From Eledone cirrhosa (taxonomy: Eukaryota), in the NCBI GenBank assembly GCA_964016885.1, contig OZ024765.1, positions 1,240,001 through 1,304,000 of the forward strand: 64,000 nt of DNA, written 5' to 3'. The translations under genes were made by a program, and so were the position numbers. Within the stretch, counting starts at the first letter, position 1. Each line of letters begins with the position of its first letter. This document shows, piece by piece, positions 1-16,266 of the stretch. The notes below the pieces were generated by a model. It had not been told where the DNA came from and made no database searches. It was given only the letters and a program-made list of their open reading frames with translations.

Positions 1-3000
1 CAGGACTGAAACTGATTAATTCTGAGGGTATTAGAAGATTATATGCCATATTTAATACGGAAATGGCTCCTAAAGGACTAAAACTATTTAATTTGAATCG
101 AATAGTAGTGTATATGCAATATTTAATACAGAAATGGCTTCTACAAGACTGAAACTCATTAATATGAGGGGTATTAGTAGTATATATGCCATATTTAATA
201 CGGAAATGCTTCTAAATGAAGAGAACTCTTTATTCGATGGAAATCGTCGTTTATATGCAATATTTAATAGAGAAATGGCTTCTACTGCACTAAAACTCAT
301 TAATTTGATGGAAATAGTAGTGTATATGCAATATTTAATACAGAAATGGCTTCTACAGCACTAAAACTCATTAATATGAGGGGTATTTATAGATTATATG
401 CCATATTTAATACATAAATGGCTTATAAAGAACTAGAATTATTTAATTTGATGGAAATAGTCCTGTATATGCTATATTTAATGGAGAAATGCCTTCTACA
501 GGACTAAAACTCATTAATTTGAGGGGTATTAGTAGTGTATATGCAAAAATGTAATACAGAAATGGCTTCTACAGGAGTGAAACTCATAAATATGATGGGT
601 ATTATTAGATTATATGCCATATTTAATACAGAAATGTCTTCTGAAGGACTAGAACTCATTAATTTGAATCAAATAGTAGTATATATGCAATATTTATTAC
701 AGTAATGGCTTTTACAGGACTGAAATTGATTAATTCTGAGGGTATTAGAAGATTATATGCCATATTTAATACGGAAATGGCTCCTAAAGGACTAAAACTA
801 TTTAATTTGAATCGAATAGTAGTGTATATGCAATATTTAATACAGAAATGGCTTCTACAAGACTGAAACTCATTAATATGAGGGGGTATTAGTAGTATAT
901 ATGCCATATTTAATACGGAAATTGCTTCTAAATGAAGAGAACTCTTTAATTCGATGGAAATAGTCGTGTATATGCAATATTTAATAGAGAAATGGCTTCT
1001 ACTGCACTAAAACTCCTTAATTTGATGGAAATAGTAGTGTATATGCAATATTTAATACAGAAATGGCTTCTACACAGCACTAAAACTCATTAATATGAGG
1101 GGTATTTATAGATTATATGCCATATTTAATACATAAATGGCTTATAAAGAACTAGAATTATTTAATTCGATGGAAATAGTCCTGTATATGCTATATTTAA
1201 TGGAGAAATGCCTTCTACAGGACTAAAACTCATTAATTTGAGGGGTATTAGTAGTGTATATGCAAAATGTAATACAGAAATGGCTTCTACAGGAGTGAAA
1301 CTCATAAATATGATGGGTATTATTAGATTATATGCCATATTTAATACAGAAATGTCTTCTGAAGGACTAGAACTCATTAATTGAATCAAATAGTAGTATA
1401 TATGCAATATTTATTACAGTAATGGCTTTTAAAGGACTGAAATTGATTAATTCAGAGGGTATTAGAAGATTATATGGCATATTTAATACGGAAATGCTCC
1501 TAAAGGACTAAAACTATTAATTTGAATCGAATAGTAGTGTATATGCAATATTTAATACAGAAATGGCTTCTTCAAGACTGAAACTCATTCATATGAGGGG
1601 TATTAGTAGTATATATGCCATATTTAATACGGAAATTGCTTCTAAATGAAGAGAACTCTTTAATTCGATGGAAATCGTCGTTTATATGCAATATTTAATA
1701 GAGAAATGGCTTCTACTGCACTAAAAACTCCTTAATTTGATGGAAATAGTAGTGTATATGCAATATTTAATACAGAAATGGCTTCTACAGCACTAAAACT
1801 CATTAATATGAGGGGTATTTATAGATTATATGCCATATTTAATACATAAATGGCTTATAAAGAACTAGAATTATTTAATTCGATGGAAATAGTCCTGTAT
1901 ATGCTATATTTAATGGAGAAATGCCTTCTACAGGACTAAAACTCATTAATTTGAGGGGTATTAGTAGTGTATATGCAAAATGTAATACAGAAATGGCTTC
2001 TACAGGAGTGAAACTCATAAATATGATGGGTATTATTAGATTATATGCCATATTTAATACAGAAATGTCTTCTGAAGGACTAGAACTCATTAATTTGAAT
2101 CAAATATTAGTATATATGCAATATTTATTACAGTAATGGCTTTTACAGGACTGAAATTGATTAATTCTGAGGGTATTAGAAGATTATATGCCATATTTAA
2201 TACGGAAATGGCTCCTAAAGGACTAAAACTATTTAATTTGAATCGAATAGTAGTGTATATGCAATATTAATACAGAAATGGCTTCTACAAGACTGAAACT
2301 CATTAATATGAGGGGTATTAGTAGTATATATGCCATATTTAATACGGAAATTGCTTCTAAATGAAGAGAACTCTTTAATTCGATGGAAATAGTCGTGTAT
2401 ATGCAATATTTAATAGAGAAATGGCTTCTACTGCACTAAAACTCATTAATTTGATGGAAATAGTAGTGTATATGCAATATTTAATACAGAAATGGCTTCT
2501 ACAGCACTAAAACTCATTAATATGAGGGGTATTTATAGATTATATGCCATATTTAATACATAAATGCTTATAAAGAACTAGAATTATTTAATTCGATGGA
2601 AATAGTCCTGTATATGCTATATTTAATGGAGAAATGCCTTCTACAGGACTAAAACTCATTAATTTGAGGGGTATTAGTAGTGTATAATGCAAAATGTAAT
2701 ACAGAAATGGCTTCTACAGGAGTGAAACTCATAAATATGATGGGTATTATTAGATTATATGCCATATTTAATACAGAAATGTCTTCTGAAGGACTAGAAC
2801 TCATTAATTTGAATCAAATAGTAGTATATATGCAATATTTATTACAGTAATGGCTTTTAAAGGACTGAAATTGATTAATTCTGAGGGTATTAGAAGATTA
2901 TATGCCATATTTAATACGGAAATGGCTCCTAAAGGACTAAAACTATTTAATTTGAATCGAATAGTAGTGTATATGCAATATTTAATACAGAAATGGCTTC

Positions 3001-6000
3001 TACAAGACTGAAACTCATTCATATGAGGGGTATTAGTAGTATATATGCCATATTTAATACGGAAATTGCTTCTAAATGAAGAGAACTCTTTAATTCGATG
3101 GAAATCGTCGTGTATATGCAATATTTAATAGAGAAATGGCTTCTACTGCACTAAAACTCCTTAATTTGATGGAAATAGTAGTGTATATGCAATATTTAAT
3201 ACAGAAATGGCTTCTACAGCACTAAAACTCTTAATATGAGGGGTATTTATAGATTATATGCCATATTTAATACATAAATGGCTTATAAAGAACTAGAATT
3301 ATTTAATTCGATGGAAATAGTCCTGTATATGCTATATTTAATGGAGAAATGCCTTCTACAGGACTAAAACTCATTAATTTGAGGGGTATTAGTAGTGTAT
3401 ATGCAAAATGTAATACAGAAATGGCTTCTACAGGAGTGAAACTCATAAATATGATGGGTATTATTAGATTATATGCCATATTTAATACAGAAATGTCTTC
3501 TGAAGGACTAGAACTCATTAATTTGAATCAAATAGTAGGTATATATGCAATATTTTATTACAGTAATGGCTTTTAAAGGACTGAAATTGATTAATTCTGA
3601 GGGTATTAGAAGATTATATGCCATATTTAATACGGAAATGGCTCCTAAAGGACTAAAACTATTTAATTTGAATCGAATAGTAGTGTATATGCAATATTTA
3701 ATACAGAAATGCTTCTACAAGACTGAAACTCATTAATATGAGGGGTATTAGTAGTATATATGCCATATTTAATACGGAAATTGCTTCTAAATGAAGAGAA
3801 CTCTTTAATTCGATGGAAATAGTCGTGTATATGCAATATTTAATAGAGAAATGGCTTCTACTGCACTAAAACTCCTTAATTTGATGGAAATAGTAGTGTA
3901 TATGCAATATTTAATACAGAAATGGCTTCTACAGCACTAAAACTCATTAATATGAGGGGTATTTATAGATTATATGCCATATTTAATACATAAATGGCTT
4001 ATAAAGAACTAGAATTATTTAATTTGATGGAAATAGTCCTGTATATGCTATATTTAATGGAGAAATGCCTTCTACAGGACTAAAACTCATTAATTTGAGG
4101 GGTATTAGTAGTGTATATGCAAAATGTAATACAGAAATGGCTTCTACAGGAGTGAAACTCATAAATATGATGGGTATTATTAGATTATATGCCATATTTA
4201 ATACAGAAATGTCTTCTGAAGGACTAGAACTCATTAATTTGAATCAAATAGTAGTATATATGCAATATTTATTACAGTAATGGCTTTTACAGGACTGAAA
4301 TTGATTAATTCTGAGGGTATTAGAAGATTATATGCCATATTTAATACGGAAATGGCTCCTAAAGGACTAAAACTATTTAATTTGAATCGAATAGTAGTGT
4401 ATATGCAATATTTAATACAGAAATGGCTTCTACAAGACTGAAACTCATTAATATGAGGGGTATTAGTAGTATATATGCCATATTTAATACGGAAATTGCT
4501 TCTAAATGAAGAGAACTCTTTAATTCGATGGAAATAGTCGTGTATATGCAATATTTAATAGAGAAATGGCTTCTACTGCACTAAAACTCATTAATTTGAT
4601 GGAAATAGTAGTGTATATGCAATATTTAATACAGAAATGGCTTCTACAGCACTAAAACTCATTAATATGAGGAGTATTTATAGATTATATGCCATATTTA
4701 ATACATAAATGGCTTATAAAGAACTAGAATTATTTAATTCGATGGAAATAGTCCTGTATATGCTATATTTAATGGAGAAATGTTTTCTACAGGACTAAAA
4801 CTCATTAATTTGAGGTGTATTAGTAGTGTATATGCAAAATGTAATACAGAAATGGCTTCTACAGGAGTGAAACTCATAAATATGATGGGTATTATTAGAT
4901 TATATGCCATATTTAATACAGAAATGTCTTCTGAAGGACTAGAACTCATTAATTTGAATCAAATAGTAGTATATATGCAATATTTATTACAGTAATGGCT
5001 TTTAAAGGACTGAAATTGATTAATTCTGAGGGTATTAGAAGATTATATGCCATATTTAATACGGAAATGGCTCCTAAAGGACTAAAACTATTTAATTTGA
5101 ATCGAATAGTAGTGTATATGCAATATTTAATACAGAAATGGCTTCTACAAGACTGAAACTCATTAATATGAGGGGTATTAGTAGTATATATGCCATATTA
5201 ATACGGAAATTGCTTCTAAATGAAGAGAACTCTTTAATTCGATGGAAATAGTCGTGTATATGCAATATTTAATAGAGAAATGGCTTCTACTGCACTAAAA
5301 CTCATTAATTTGATGGAAATAGTAGTGTATATGCAATATTAATACAGAAATGGCTTCTACAGCACTAAAAACTCATTAATATGAGGGGTATTTATAGATT
5401 ATATGCCATATTTAATACATAAATGGCTTATAAAGAACTAGAATTATTTAATTCGATGGAAATAGTCCTGTATATGCTATATTTAATGGAGAAATGCCTT
5501 CTACAGGACTAAAACTCATTAATTTGAGGGGTATTAGTAGTGTATATGCAAAAGTAATACAGAAATGGCTTCTACAGGAGTGAAACTCATAAATATGATG
5601 GGTATTATTAGATTATATGCCATATTTAATACAGAAATGTCTTCTGAAGGACTAGAACTCATTAATTTGAATCAAATAGTAGTATATATGCAATATTTAT
5701 TAGAGTAATGGCTTCTACAAGACTGAAACTGATTAATTCTGAGGGTATTAGAAGATTATATGCCATATTTAATACGGAAATGGCTCCTAAAGGACTAAAA
5801 CTATTTAATTTGAATCGAATAGTAGTGTATATGCAATATTTAATACAGAAATGGCTTCTACAAGACTGAAACTCATTAATATGAGGGGTATTAGTAGTAT
5901 ATATGCCATATTTAATACGGAAATTGCTTCTAAATGAAGAGAACTCTTTAATTCGATGGAAATAGTCGTGTATATGCAATATTTAATAGAGAAATGGCTT

Positions 6001-9000
6001 CTACTGCACTAAAACTCATTAATTTGATGGAAATAGTAGTGTATATGCAATATTTAATACAGAAATGGCTTCTACAGCACTAAAACTCATTAATATGAGG
6101 AGTATTTATAGATTATATGCCATATTTAATACATAAATGGCTTATAAAGAACTAGAATTATTTAATTCGATGGAAATAGTCCTGTATATGCTATATTTAA
6201 TGGAGAAATGCCTTCTACAGGACTAAAACTCATTAATTTGAGGTGTATTAGTAGTGTATATGCAAAATGTAATACAGAAATGGCTTCTACAGGAGTGAAA
6301 CTCATAAATATGATGGGTATTATTAGATTATATGCCATATTTAATACAGAAATGTCTTCTGAAGGACTAGAACTCATTAATTTGAATCAAATAGTAGTAT
6401 ATATGCAATATTTATTAGAGTAATGGCTTCTACAGGACTGAAACTGATTAATTCTGAGGGTATTAGAAGATTATATGCCATATTTAATACGGAAATGGCT
6501 CCTAAAGGACTAAAACTATTTAATTTGAATCGAATAGTAGTGTATATGCAATATTTAATACAGAAATGGCTTCTACAAGACTGAAACTCATTAATATGAG
6601 GGGTATTAGTAGTATATATGCCATATTTAATACGGAAATTGCTTCTAAATGAAGAGAACTCTTTAATTCGATGGAAATCGTCGTGTATATGCAATATTTA
6701 ATAGAGAAATGGCTTCTACTGCACTAAAACTCCTTAATTTGATGGAAATAGTAGTGTATATGCAATATTTAATACAGAAATGGCTTCTACAGCACTAAAA
6801 CTCATTAATATGAGGGGTATTTATAGATTATATGCCATATTTAATACATAAATGGCTTATAAAGAACTAGAATTATTTAATTCGATGGAAATAGTCCTGT
6901 ATATGCTATATTTAATGGAGAAATGCCTTCTACAGGACTAAAACTCATTAATTTGAGGGGTATTAGTAGTGTATATGCAAAATGTAATACAGAAATGGCT
7001 TCTACAGGAGTGAAACTCATAAATATGATGGGTATTATTAGATTATATGCCATATTTAATACAGAAATGTCTTCTGAAGGACTAGAACTCATTAATTTGA
7101 ATCAAATAATAGTATATATGCAATATTTATTACAGTAATGGCTTTTAAAGGACTGAAATTGATTAATTCTGAGGGTATTAGAAGATTATATGCCATATTT
7201 AATACGGAAATGGCTCCTAAAGGACTAAAACTATTTAATTTGAATCGAATAGTAGTGTATATGCAATATTTAATACAGAAATGGCTTCTACAAGACTGAA
7301 ACTCATTAATATGAGGGGTATTAGTAGTATATATGCCATATTTAATACGGAAATTGCTTCTAAATGAAGAGAACTCTTTAATTCGATGGAAATCGTCGTT
7401 TATATGCAATATTTAATAGAGAAATGGCTTCTACTGCACTAAAACTCCTTAATTTGATGGAAATAGTAGTGTATATGCAATATTTAATACAGAAATGGCT
7501 TCTACAGCACTAAAACTCATTAATATGAGGGGTATTTATAGATTATATGCCATATTTAATACATAAATGGCTTATAAAGAATAAAAATTATTTAATTCGA
7601 TGGAAATAGTCCTGTATATGCTATATTTAATGGAGAAATGCCTTCTACAGGACTAAAACTCATTAATTTGAGGTGTATTAGTAGTGTATATGCAAAATGT
7701 AATACAGAAATGGCTTCTACAGGAGTGAAACTCATAAATATGATGGGTATTATTAGATTATATGCCATATTTAATACAGAAATGTCTTCTGAAGGACTAG
7801 AACTCATTAATTTGAATCAAATAGTAGTATATATGCAATATTTATTACAGTAATGGCTTTTACAGGACTGAAATTGATTAATTCTGAGGGTATTAGAAGA
7901 TTATATGGCATATTTAATACGGAAATGGCTCCTAAAGGACTAAAACTATTTAATTTGAATCGAATAGTAGTGTATATGCAATATTTAATACAGAAATGGC
8001 TTCTACAAGACTGAAACTCATTAATATGAGGGGTATTAGTAGTATATATGCCATATTTAATACGGAAATTGCTTCTAAATGAAGAGAACTCTTTAATTCG
8101 ATGGAAATAGTCGTGTATATGCAATATTTAATAGAGAAATGGCTTCTACTGCACTAAAACTCCTTAATTTGATGGAAATAGTAGTGTATATGCAATATTT
8201 AATACAGAAATGGCTTCTACAGCACTAAAACTCATTAATATGAGGGGTATTTATAGATTATATGCCATATTTAATACATAAATGGCTTATAAAGAACTAG
8301 AATTATTTAATTTGATGGAAATAGTCCTGTATATGCTATATTTAATGGAGAAATGCCTTCTACAGGACTAAAACTCATTAATTTGAGGGGTATTAGTAGT
8401 GTATATGCAAAATGTAATACAGAAATGGCTTCTACAGGAGTGAAACTCATAAATATGATGGGTATTATTAGATTATATGCCATATTTAATACAGAAATGT
8501 CTTCTGAAGGACTAGAACTCATTAATTTGAATCAAATAGTAGTATATATGCAATATTTATTACAGTAATGGCTTTTACAGGACTGAAATTGATTAATTCT
8601 GAGGGTATTAGAAGATTATATGCCATATTTAATACGGAAATGGCTCCTAAAGGACTAAAACTATTTAATTTGAATCGAATAGTAGTGTATATGCAATATT
8701 TAATACAGAAATGGCTTCTACAAGACTGAAACTCATTAATATGAGGGGTATTAGTAGTATATATGCCATATTTAATACGGAAATTGCTTCTAAATGAAGA
8801 GAACTCTTTAATTCGATGGAAATAGTCGTGTATATGCAATATTTAATAGAGAAATGGCTTCTACTGCACTAAAACTCATTAATTTGATGGAAATAGTAGT
8901 GTATATGCAATATTTAATACAGAAATGGCTTCTACAGCACTAAAACTCATTAATATGAGGAGTATTTATAGATTATATGCCATATTTAATACATAAATGG

Positions 9001-12000
9001 CTTATAAAGAACTAGAATTATTTAATTCGATGGAAATAGTCCTGTATATGCTATATTTAATGGAGAAATGTTTTCTACAGGACTAAAACTCATTAATTTG
9101 AGGTGTATTAGTAGTGTATATGCAAAATGTAATACAGAAATGGCTTCTACAGGAGTGAAACTCATAAATATGATGGGTATTATTAGATTATATGCCATAT
9201 TTAATACAGAAATGTCTTCTGAAGGACTAGAACTCATTAATTTGAATCAAATAGTAGTATATATGCAATATTTATTACAGTAATGGCTTTTAAAGGACTG
9301 AAATTGATTAATTCTGAGGGTATTAGAAGATTATATGCCATATTTAATACGGAAATGGCTCCTAAAGGACTAAAACTATTTAATTTGAATCGAATAGTAG
9401 TGTATATGCAATATTTAATACAGAAATGGCTTCTACAAGACTGAAACTCATTAATATGAGGGGTATTAGTAGTATATATGCCATATTTAATACGGAAATT
9501 GCTTCTAAATGAAGAGAACTCTTTAATTCGATGGAAATAGTCGTGTATATGCAATATTTAATAGAGAAATGGCTTCTACTGCACTAAAACTCATTAATTT
9601 GATGGAAATAGTAGTGTATATGCAATATTTAATACAGAAATGGCTTCTACAGCACTAAAACTCATTAATATGAGGGGTATTTATAGATTATATGCCATAT
9701 TTAATACATAAATGGCTTATAAAGAACTAGAATTATTTAATTCGATGGAAATAGTCCTGTATATGCTATATTTAATGGATAAATGCCTTCTACAGGACTA
9801 AAACTCATTAATTTGAGGGGTATTAGTAGTGTATATGCAAAATGTAATACAGAAATGGCTTCTACAGGAGTGAAACTCATAAATATGATGGGTATTATTA
9901 GATTATATGCCATATTTAATACAGAAATGTCTTCTGAAGGACTAGAACTCATTAATTTGAATCAAATAGTAGTATATATGCAATATTTATTAGAGTAATG
10001 GCTTCTACAGGACTGAAACTGATTAATTCTGAGGGTATTAGAAGATTATATGCCATATTTAATACGGAAATGGCTCCTAAAGGACTTAAACTATTTAATT
10101 TGAATCGAATAGTAGTATATATGCAATATTTAATACAGAAATGGCTTCTACAAGACTGAAACTCATTAATATGAGGGGTATTAGTAGTATATATGCCATA
10201 TTTAATACGGAAATTGCTTCTAAATGAAGAGAACTCTTTAATTCGATGGAAATAGTCGTGTATATGCAATATTTAATAGAGAAATGGCTTCTACTGCACT
10301 AAAACTCATTAATTTGATGGAAATAGTAGTGTATATGCAATATTTAATACAGAAATGGCTTCTACAGCACTAAAACTCATTAATATGAGGAGTATTTATA
10401 GATTATATGCCATATTTAATACATAAATGGCTTATAAAGAACTAGAATTATTTAATTCGATGGAAATAGTCCTGTATATGCTATATTTAATGAAGAAATG
10501 CCTTCTACAGGACTAAAACTCATTAATTTGAGGTGTATTAGTAGTGTATATGCAAAATGTAATACAGAAATGGCTTCTACAGGAGTGAAACTCATAAATA
10601 TGATGGGTATTATTAGATTATATGCCATATTTAATACAGAAATGTCTTCTGAAGGACTGGAACGCATTAATTTGAATCAAATAGTAGTATATATGCAATA
10701 TTTATTACAGTAATGGCTTTTAAAGGACTGAAATTGATTAATTCTAAGGGTATTAGAAGATTATATGCCATATTTAATACGGAAATGGCTCCTAAAGGAC
10801 TAAAACTATTTAATTTGAATCGAATAGTAGTGTATATGCAATATTTAATACAGAAATGGCTTCTACAAGACTGAAACTCATTAATATGAGGGGTATTAGT
10901 AGTATATATGCCATATTTAATACGGAAATTGCTTCTAAATGAAGAGAACTCTTTAATTTGATGGAAATAGTCGTGTATATGCAATATTTAATAGAGAAAT
11001 GGCTTCTACTGCACTAAGACTCATTAATTTGATGGAAATAGTAGTGTATATGCAATATTTAATACAGAAATGGCTTCTACAGCACTAAAACTCATTAATA
11101 TGAGGGGTATTTATAGATTATATGCCATATTTAATACATAAATGGCTTATAAAGAACTAGAATTATTTAATTCGATGGAAATAGTCCTGTATATGCTATA
11201 TTTAATGGATAAATGCCTTCTACAGGACTAAAACTCATTAATTTGAGGGGTATTAGTAGTGTATATGCAAAATGTAATACAGAAATGGCTTCTACAGGAG
11301 TGAAACTCATAAATATGATGGGTATTATTAGATTATATGCCATATTTAATACAGAAATGTCTTCTGAAGGACTAGAACTCATTAATTTGAATCAAATAGT
11401 AGTATATATGCAATATTTATTAGAGTAATGGCTTCTACAGGACTGAAACTGATTAATTCTGAGGGTATTAGAAGATTATATGCCATATTTAATACGGAAA
11501 TGGCTCCTAAAGGACTAAAACTATTTAATTTGAATCGAATAGTAGTGTATATGCAATATTTAATACAGAAATGGCTTCTACAAGACTGAAACTCATTAAT
11601 ATGAGGGGTATTAGTAGTATATATGCCATATTTAATACGGAAATTGCTTCTAAATGAAGAGAACTCTTTAATTCGATGGAAATCGTCGTGTATATGCAAT
11701 ATTTAATAGAGAAATGGCTTCTACTGCACTAAAACTCCTTAATTTGATGGAAATAGTAGTGTATATGCAATATTTAATACAGAAATGGCTTCTACAGCAC
11801 TAAAACTCATTAATATGAGGGGTATTTATAGATTATATGCCATATTTAATACATAAATGGCTTATAAAGAACTAGAATTATTTAATTCGATGGAAATAGT
11901 CCTGTATATGCTATATTTAATGGAGAAATGCCTTCTACAGGACTAAAACTCATTAATTTGAGGGGTATTAGTAGTGTATATGCAAAATGTAATACAGAAA

Positions 12001-15000
12001 TGGCTTCTACAGGAGTGAAACTCATAAATATGATGGGTATTATTAGATTATATGCCATATTTAATACAGAAATGTCTTCTGAAGGACTAGAACTCATTAA
12101 TTTGAATCAAATAGTAGTATATATGCAATATTTATTACAGTAATGGCTTTTAAAGGACTGAAATTGATTAATTCTGAGGGTATTAGAAGATTATATGCCA
12201 TATTTAATACGGAAATGGCTCCTAAAGGACTAAAACTATTTAATTTGAATCGAATAGTAGTGTATATGCAATATTTAATACAGAAATGGCTTCTACAAGA
12301 CTGAAACTCATTAATATGAGGGGTATTAGTAGTATATATGCCATATTTAATACGGAAATTGCTTCTAAATGAAGAGAACTCTTTAATTCGATGGAAATCG
12401 TCGTTTATATGCAATATTTAATAGAGAAATGGCTTCTACTGCACTAAAACTCCTTAATTTGATGGAAATAGTAGTGTATATGCAATATTTAATACAGAAA
12501 TGGCTTCTACAGCACTAAAACTCATTAATATGAGGGGTATTTATAGATTATATGCCATATTTAATACATAAATGGCTTATAAAGAACAAAAATTATTTAA
12601 TTCGATGGAAATAGTCCTGTATATGCTATATTTAATGGAGAAATGCCTTCTACAGGACTAAAACTCATTAATTTGAGGTGTATTAGTAGTGTATATGCAA
12701 AATGTAATACAGAAATGGCTTCTACAGGAGTGAAACTCATAAATATGATGGGTATTATTAGATTATATGCCATATTTAATACAGAAATGTCTTCTGAAGG
12801 ACTAGAACTCATTAATTTGAATCAAATAGTAGTATATATGCAATATTTATTACAGTAATGGCTTTTACAGGACTGAAACTGATTAATTCTGAGGGTATTA
12901 GAAGATTATATGCCATATTTAATACGGAAATGGCTCCTAAAGGACTAAAACTATTTAATTTGAATCGAATAGTAGTGTATATGCAATATTTAATACAGAA
13001 ATGGCTTCTACAAGACTGAAACTCATTAATATGAGGGGTATTAGTAGTATATATGCCATATTTAATACGGAAATTGCTTCTAAATGAAGAGAACTCTTTA
13101 ATTCGATGGAAATAGTCGTGTATATGCAATATTTAATAGAGAAATGGCTTCTACTGCACTAAAACTCATTAATTTGATGGAAATAGTAGTGTATATGCAA
13201 TATTTAATACAGAAATGGCTTCTACAGCACTAAAACTCATTAATATGAGGGGTATTTATAGATTATATGCCATATTTAATACATAAATGGCTTATAAAGA
13301 ACTAGAATTATTTAATTTGATGGAAATAGTCCTGTATATGCTATATTTAATGGAGAAATGCCTTCTACAGGACTAAAACTCATTAATTTGAGGGGTATTA
13401 GTAGTGTATATGCAAAATGTAATACAGAAATGGCTTCTACAGGAGTGAAACTCATAAATATGATGGGTATTATTAGATTATATGCCATATTTAATACAGA
13501 AATGTCTTCTGAAGGACTAGAACTCATTAATTTGAATCAAATATTAGTATATATGCAATATTTATTACAGTAATGGCTTTTACAGGACTGAAACTGATTA
13601 ATTCTGAGGGTATTAGAAGATTATATGCCATATTTAATACGGAAATGGCTCCTAAAGGACTAAAACTATTTAATTTGAATCGAATAGTAGTGTATATGCA
13701 ATATTTAATACAGAAATGGCTTCTAGAAGACTGAAACTCATTAATATGAGGGGTATTAGTAGTATATATGCCATATTTAATACGGAAATTGCTTCTAAAT
13801 GAAGAGAACTCTTTAATTCGATGGAAATAGTCGTGTATATTCAATATTTAATAGAGAAATGGCTTCTACTGCACTAAAACTCATTAATTTGATGGAAATA
13901 GTAGTGTATATGCAATATTTAATACAGAAATGGCTTCTACAGCACTAAAACTCATTAATATGAGGGGTATTTATAGATTATATGCCATATTTAATACATA
14001 AATGGCTTATAAAGAACTAGAATTATTTAATTTGATGGAAATAGTCCTGTATATGCTATATTTAATGGAGAAATGCCTTCTACAGGACTAAAACTCATTA
14101 ATTTGAGGGGTATTAGTAGTGTATATGCAAAATGTAATACAGAAATGGCTTCTACAGGAGTGAAACTCATAAATATGATGGGTATTATTAGATTATATGC
14201 CATATTTAATACAGAAATGTCTTCTGAAGGACTAGAACTCATTAATTTGAATCAAATAGTAGTATATATGCAATATTTATTACAGTAATGGCTTTTACAG
14301 GACTGAAATTGATTAATTCTGAGGGTATTAGAAGATTATATGCCATATTTAATACGGAAATGGCTCCTAAAGGACTAAAACTATTTAATTTGAATCGAAT
14401 TGTAGTGTATATGCAATATTTAATACAGAAATGGCTTCTACAAGACTGAAACTCATTAATATGAGGGATATTAGTAGTATATATGCCATATTTAATACGG
14501 AAATTGCTTCTAAATGAAGAGAACTCTTTAATTCGATGGAAATAGTCGTGTATATGCAATATTTAATAGAGAAATGGCTTCTACTGCACTAAAACTCATT
14601 AATTTGATGGAAATAGTATTGTATATGCAATATTTAATACAGAAATGGCTTCTACAGCACTAAAACTCATTAATATGAGGGGTATTTATAGATTATATGC
14701 CATATTTAATACATAAATGGCTTATAAAGAACTAGAATTATTTAATTCGATGGAAATAGTCCTGTATATGCTATATTTAATGGAGAAATGCCTTCTACAG
14801 GACTAAAACTCATTAATTTGAGGTGTATTAGTAGTGTGTATGCAAAATGTAATACAGAAATGGCTTCTACAGGAGTGAAACTCATAAATATGATGGGTAT
14901 TATTAGATTATATGCCACATTTAACACAGAAATGTCTTCTGAAGGACTAGAACTCATTAATTTGAATCAAATAGTAGTATATATGCAATATTTATTATAG

Positions 15001-16125
15001 TAATGGCTTTTACAGGACTGAAATTGATTAATTCTGAGGGTATTAGAAGATTATATGCCATATTTAATACGGAAATGGCTCCTAAAGGACTAAAACTATT
15101 TAATTTGAATCGAATAGTAGTGTATATGCAATATTTAATACAGAAATGGCTTCTACAAGACTGAAACTCATTAATATGAAGGGTATTAGTAGTATATATG
15201 CCATATTTAATACGGAAATTGCTTCTAAATGAAGAGAACTCTTTAATTCGATGGAAATAGTCGTGTATATTTAATAGAGAAATGGCTTCTACTGCACTAA
15301 AACTCATTAATTTGATGGAAATAGTAGTGTATATGCAATATTTAATACAGAAATGGCTTCTACAGCACTAAAACTCATTAATATGAGGGGTATTTATAGA
15401 TTATATGCCATATTTAATACATAAATGGCTTATAAAGAACTAGAATTATTTAATTCGATGGAAATAGTCCTGTATATGCTATATTTAATGGAGAAATGCC
15501 TTCTACAGGACTAAAACTCATTAATTTGAGGGGTATTAGTAGTGTATATGCAAAATGTAATACAGAAATGGCTTCTACAGGAGTGAAACTCATAAATATG
15601 ATGGGTATTATTAGATTATATGCCATATTTAATACAGAAATGTCTTCTGAAGGACTAGAACTCATTAATTTGAATCAAATAGTAGTATATATGCAATATT
15701 TATTACAGTAATGACTTTTACAGGACTGAAACTGATTAATTGTGAGGGTATTAGAAGATTATATGCCATATTTAATACAGAAATGGCTCCTAAAGGACTA
15801 AAACTATTTAATTTGAATCGAATAGTAGTGTATATGCAATATTTAATACAGAAATGGCTTCTACAAGACTGAAACTCATTAATATGAGGGGTATTAGTAG
15901 TATATATGCCATATTTAATACGGAAATTGCTTCTAAATGAAGAGAACTCTTTAATTCGATGGAAATCGTCGTTTATATGCAATATTTAATAGAGAAATGG
16001 CTTCTACTGCACTAAAACTCATTAATTTGATGGAAATAGTAGTGTATATGCAATATTTAATACAGAAATGGCTTCTACAGCACTAAAACTCATTAATATG
16101 AGGGGTATTTATTGATTATATGCCA
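1..16125. repeat. Satellite DNA array: 715-bp higher-order repeat (10 monomers of 71/72 bp), about 22.5 copies, running off the window start
   Basis: Near-identical sequence recurs every 715 bp (ORF-track hits at 6162, 6877, 7592, 8307...). Each unit splits into ten related monomers (atggcttctacaggactaaaactcattaat...tatatgcaatatttaatacagaa); 5x72 + 5x71 = 715. The array ends abruptly at ...tatgcca. Confidence 0.97.
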
Positions 16126-16266
16126 GGTTTATTTTTCAACATGCAAGATTTCACAGCCCTGGCATCAATTCTTCATAGGCTGACCAAGATACTCTCATGG
16201 AATGACCAAATGAGGTTTATTTTTCAACATGCAAGATTTCACAGCCCTAGCATCACTCCTTCATAG

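Noticed and set aside
1-5600. Higher indel density in the first satellite units as a sign of biological divergence
   Set aside because: Mostly single-base homopolymer indels, more consistent with low-coverage long-read consensus error. Cannot be resolved without the reads.
88-15982. Dozens of repeated 70-116 aa ORFs on both strands
   Set aside because: They are translations of the 715-bp satellite, broken by the 71-bp monomers, with no protein motifs.
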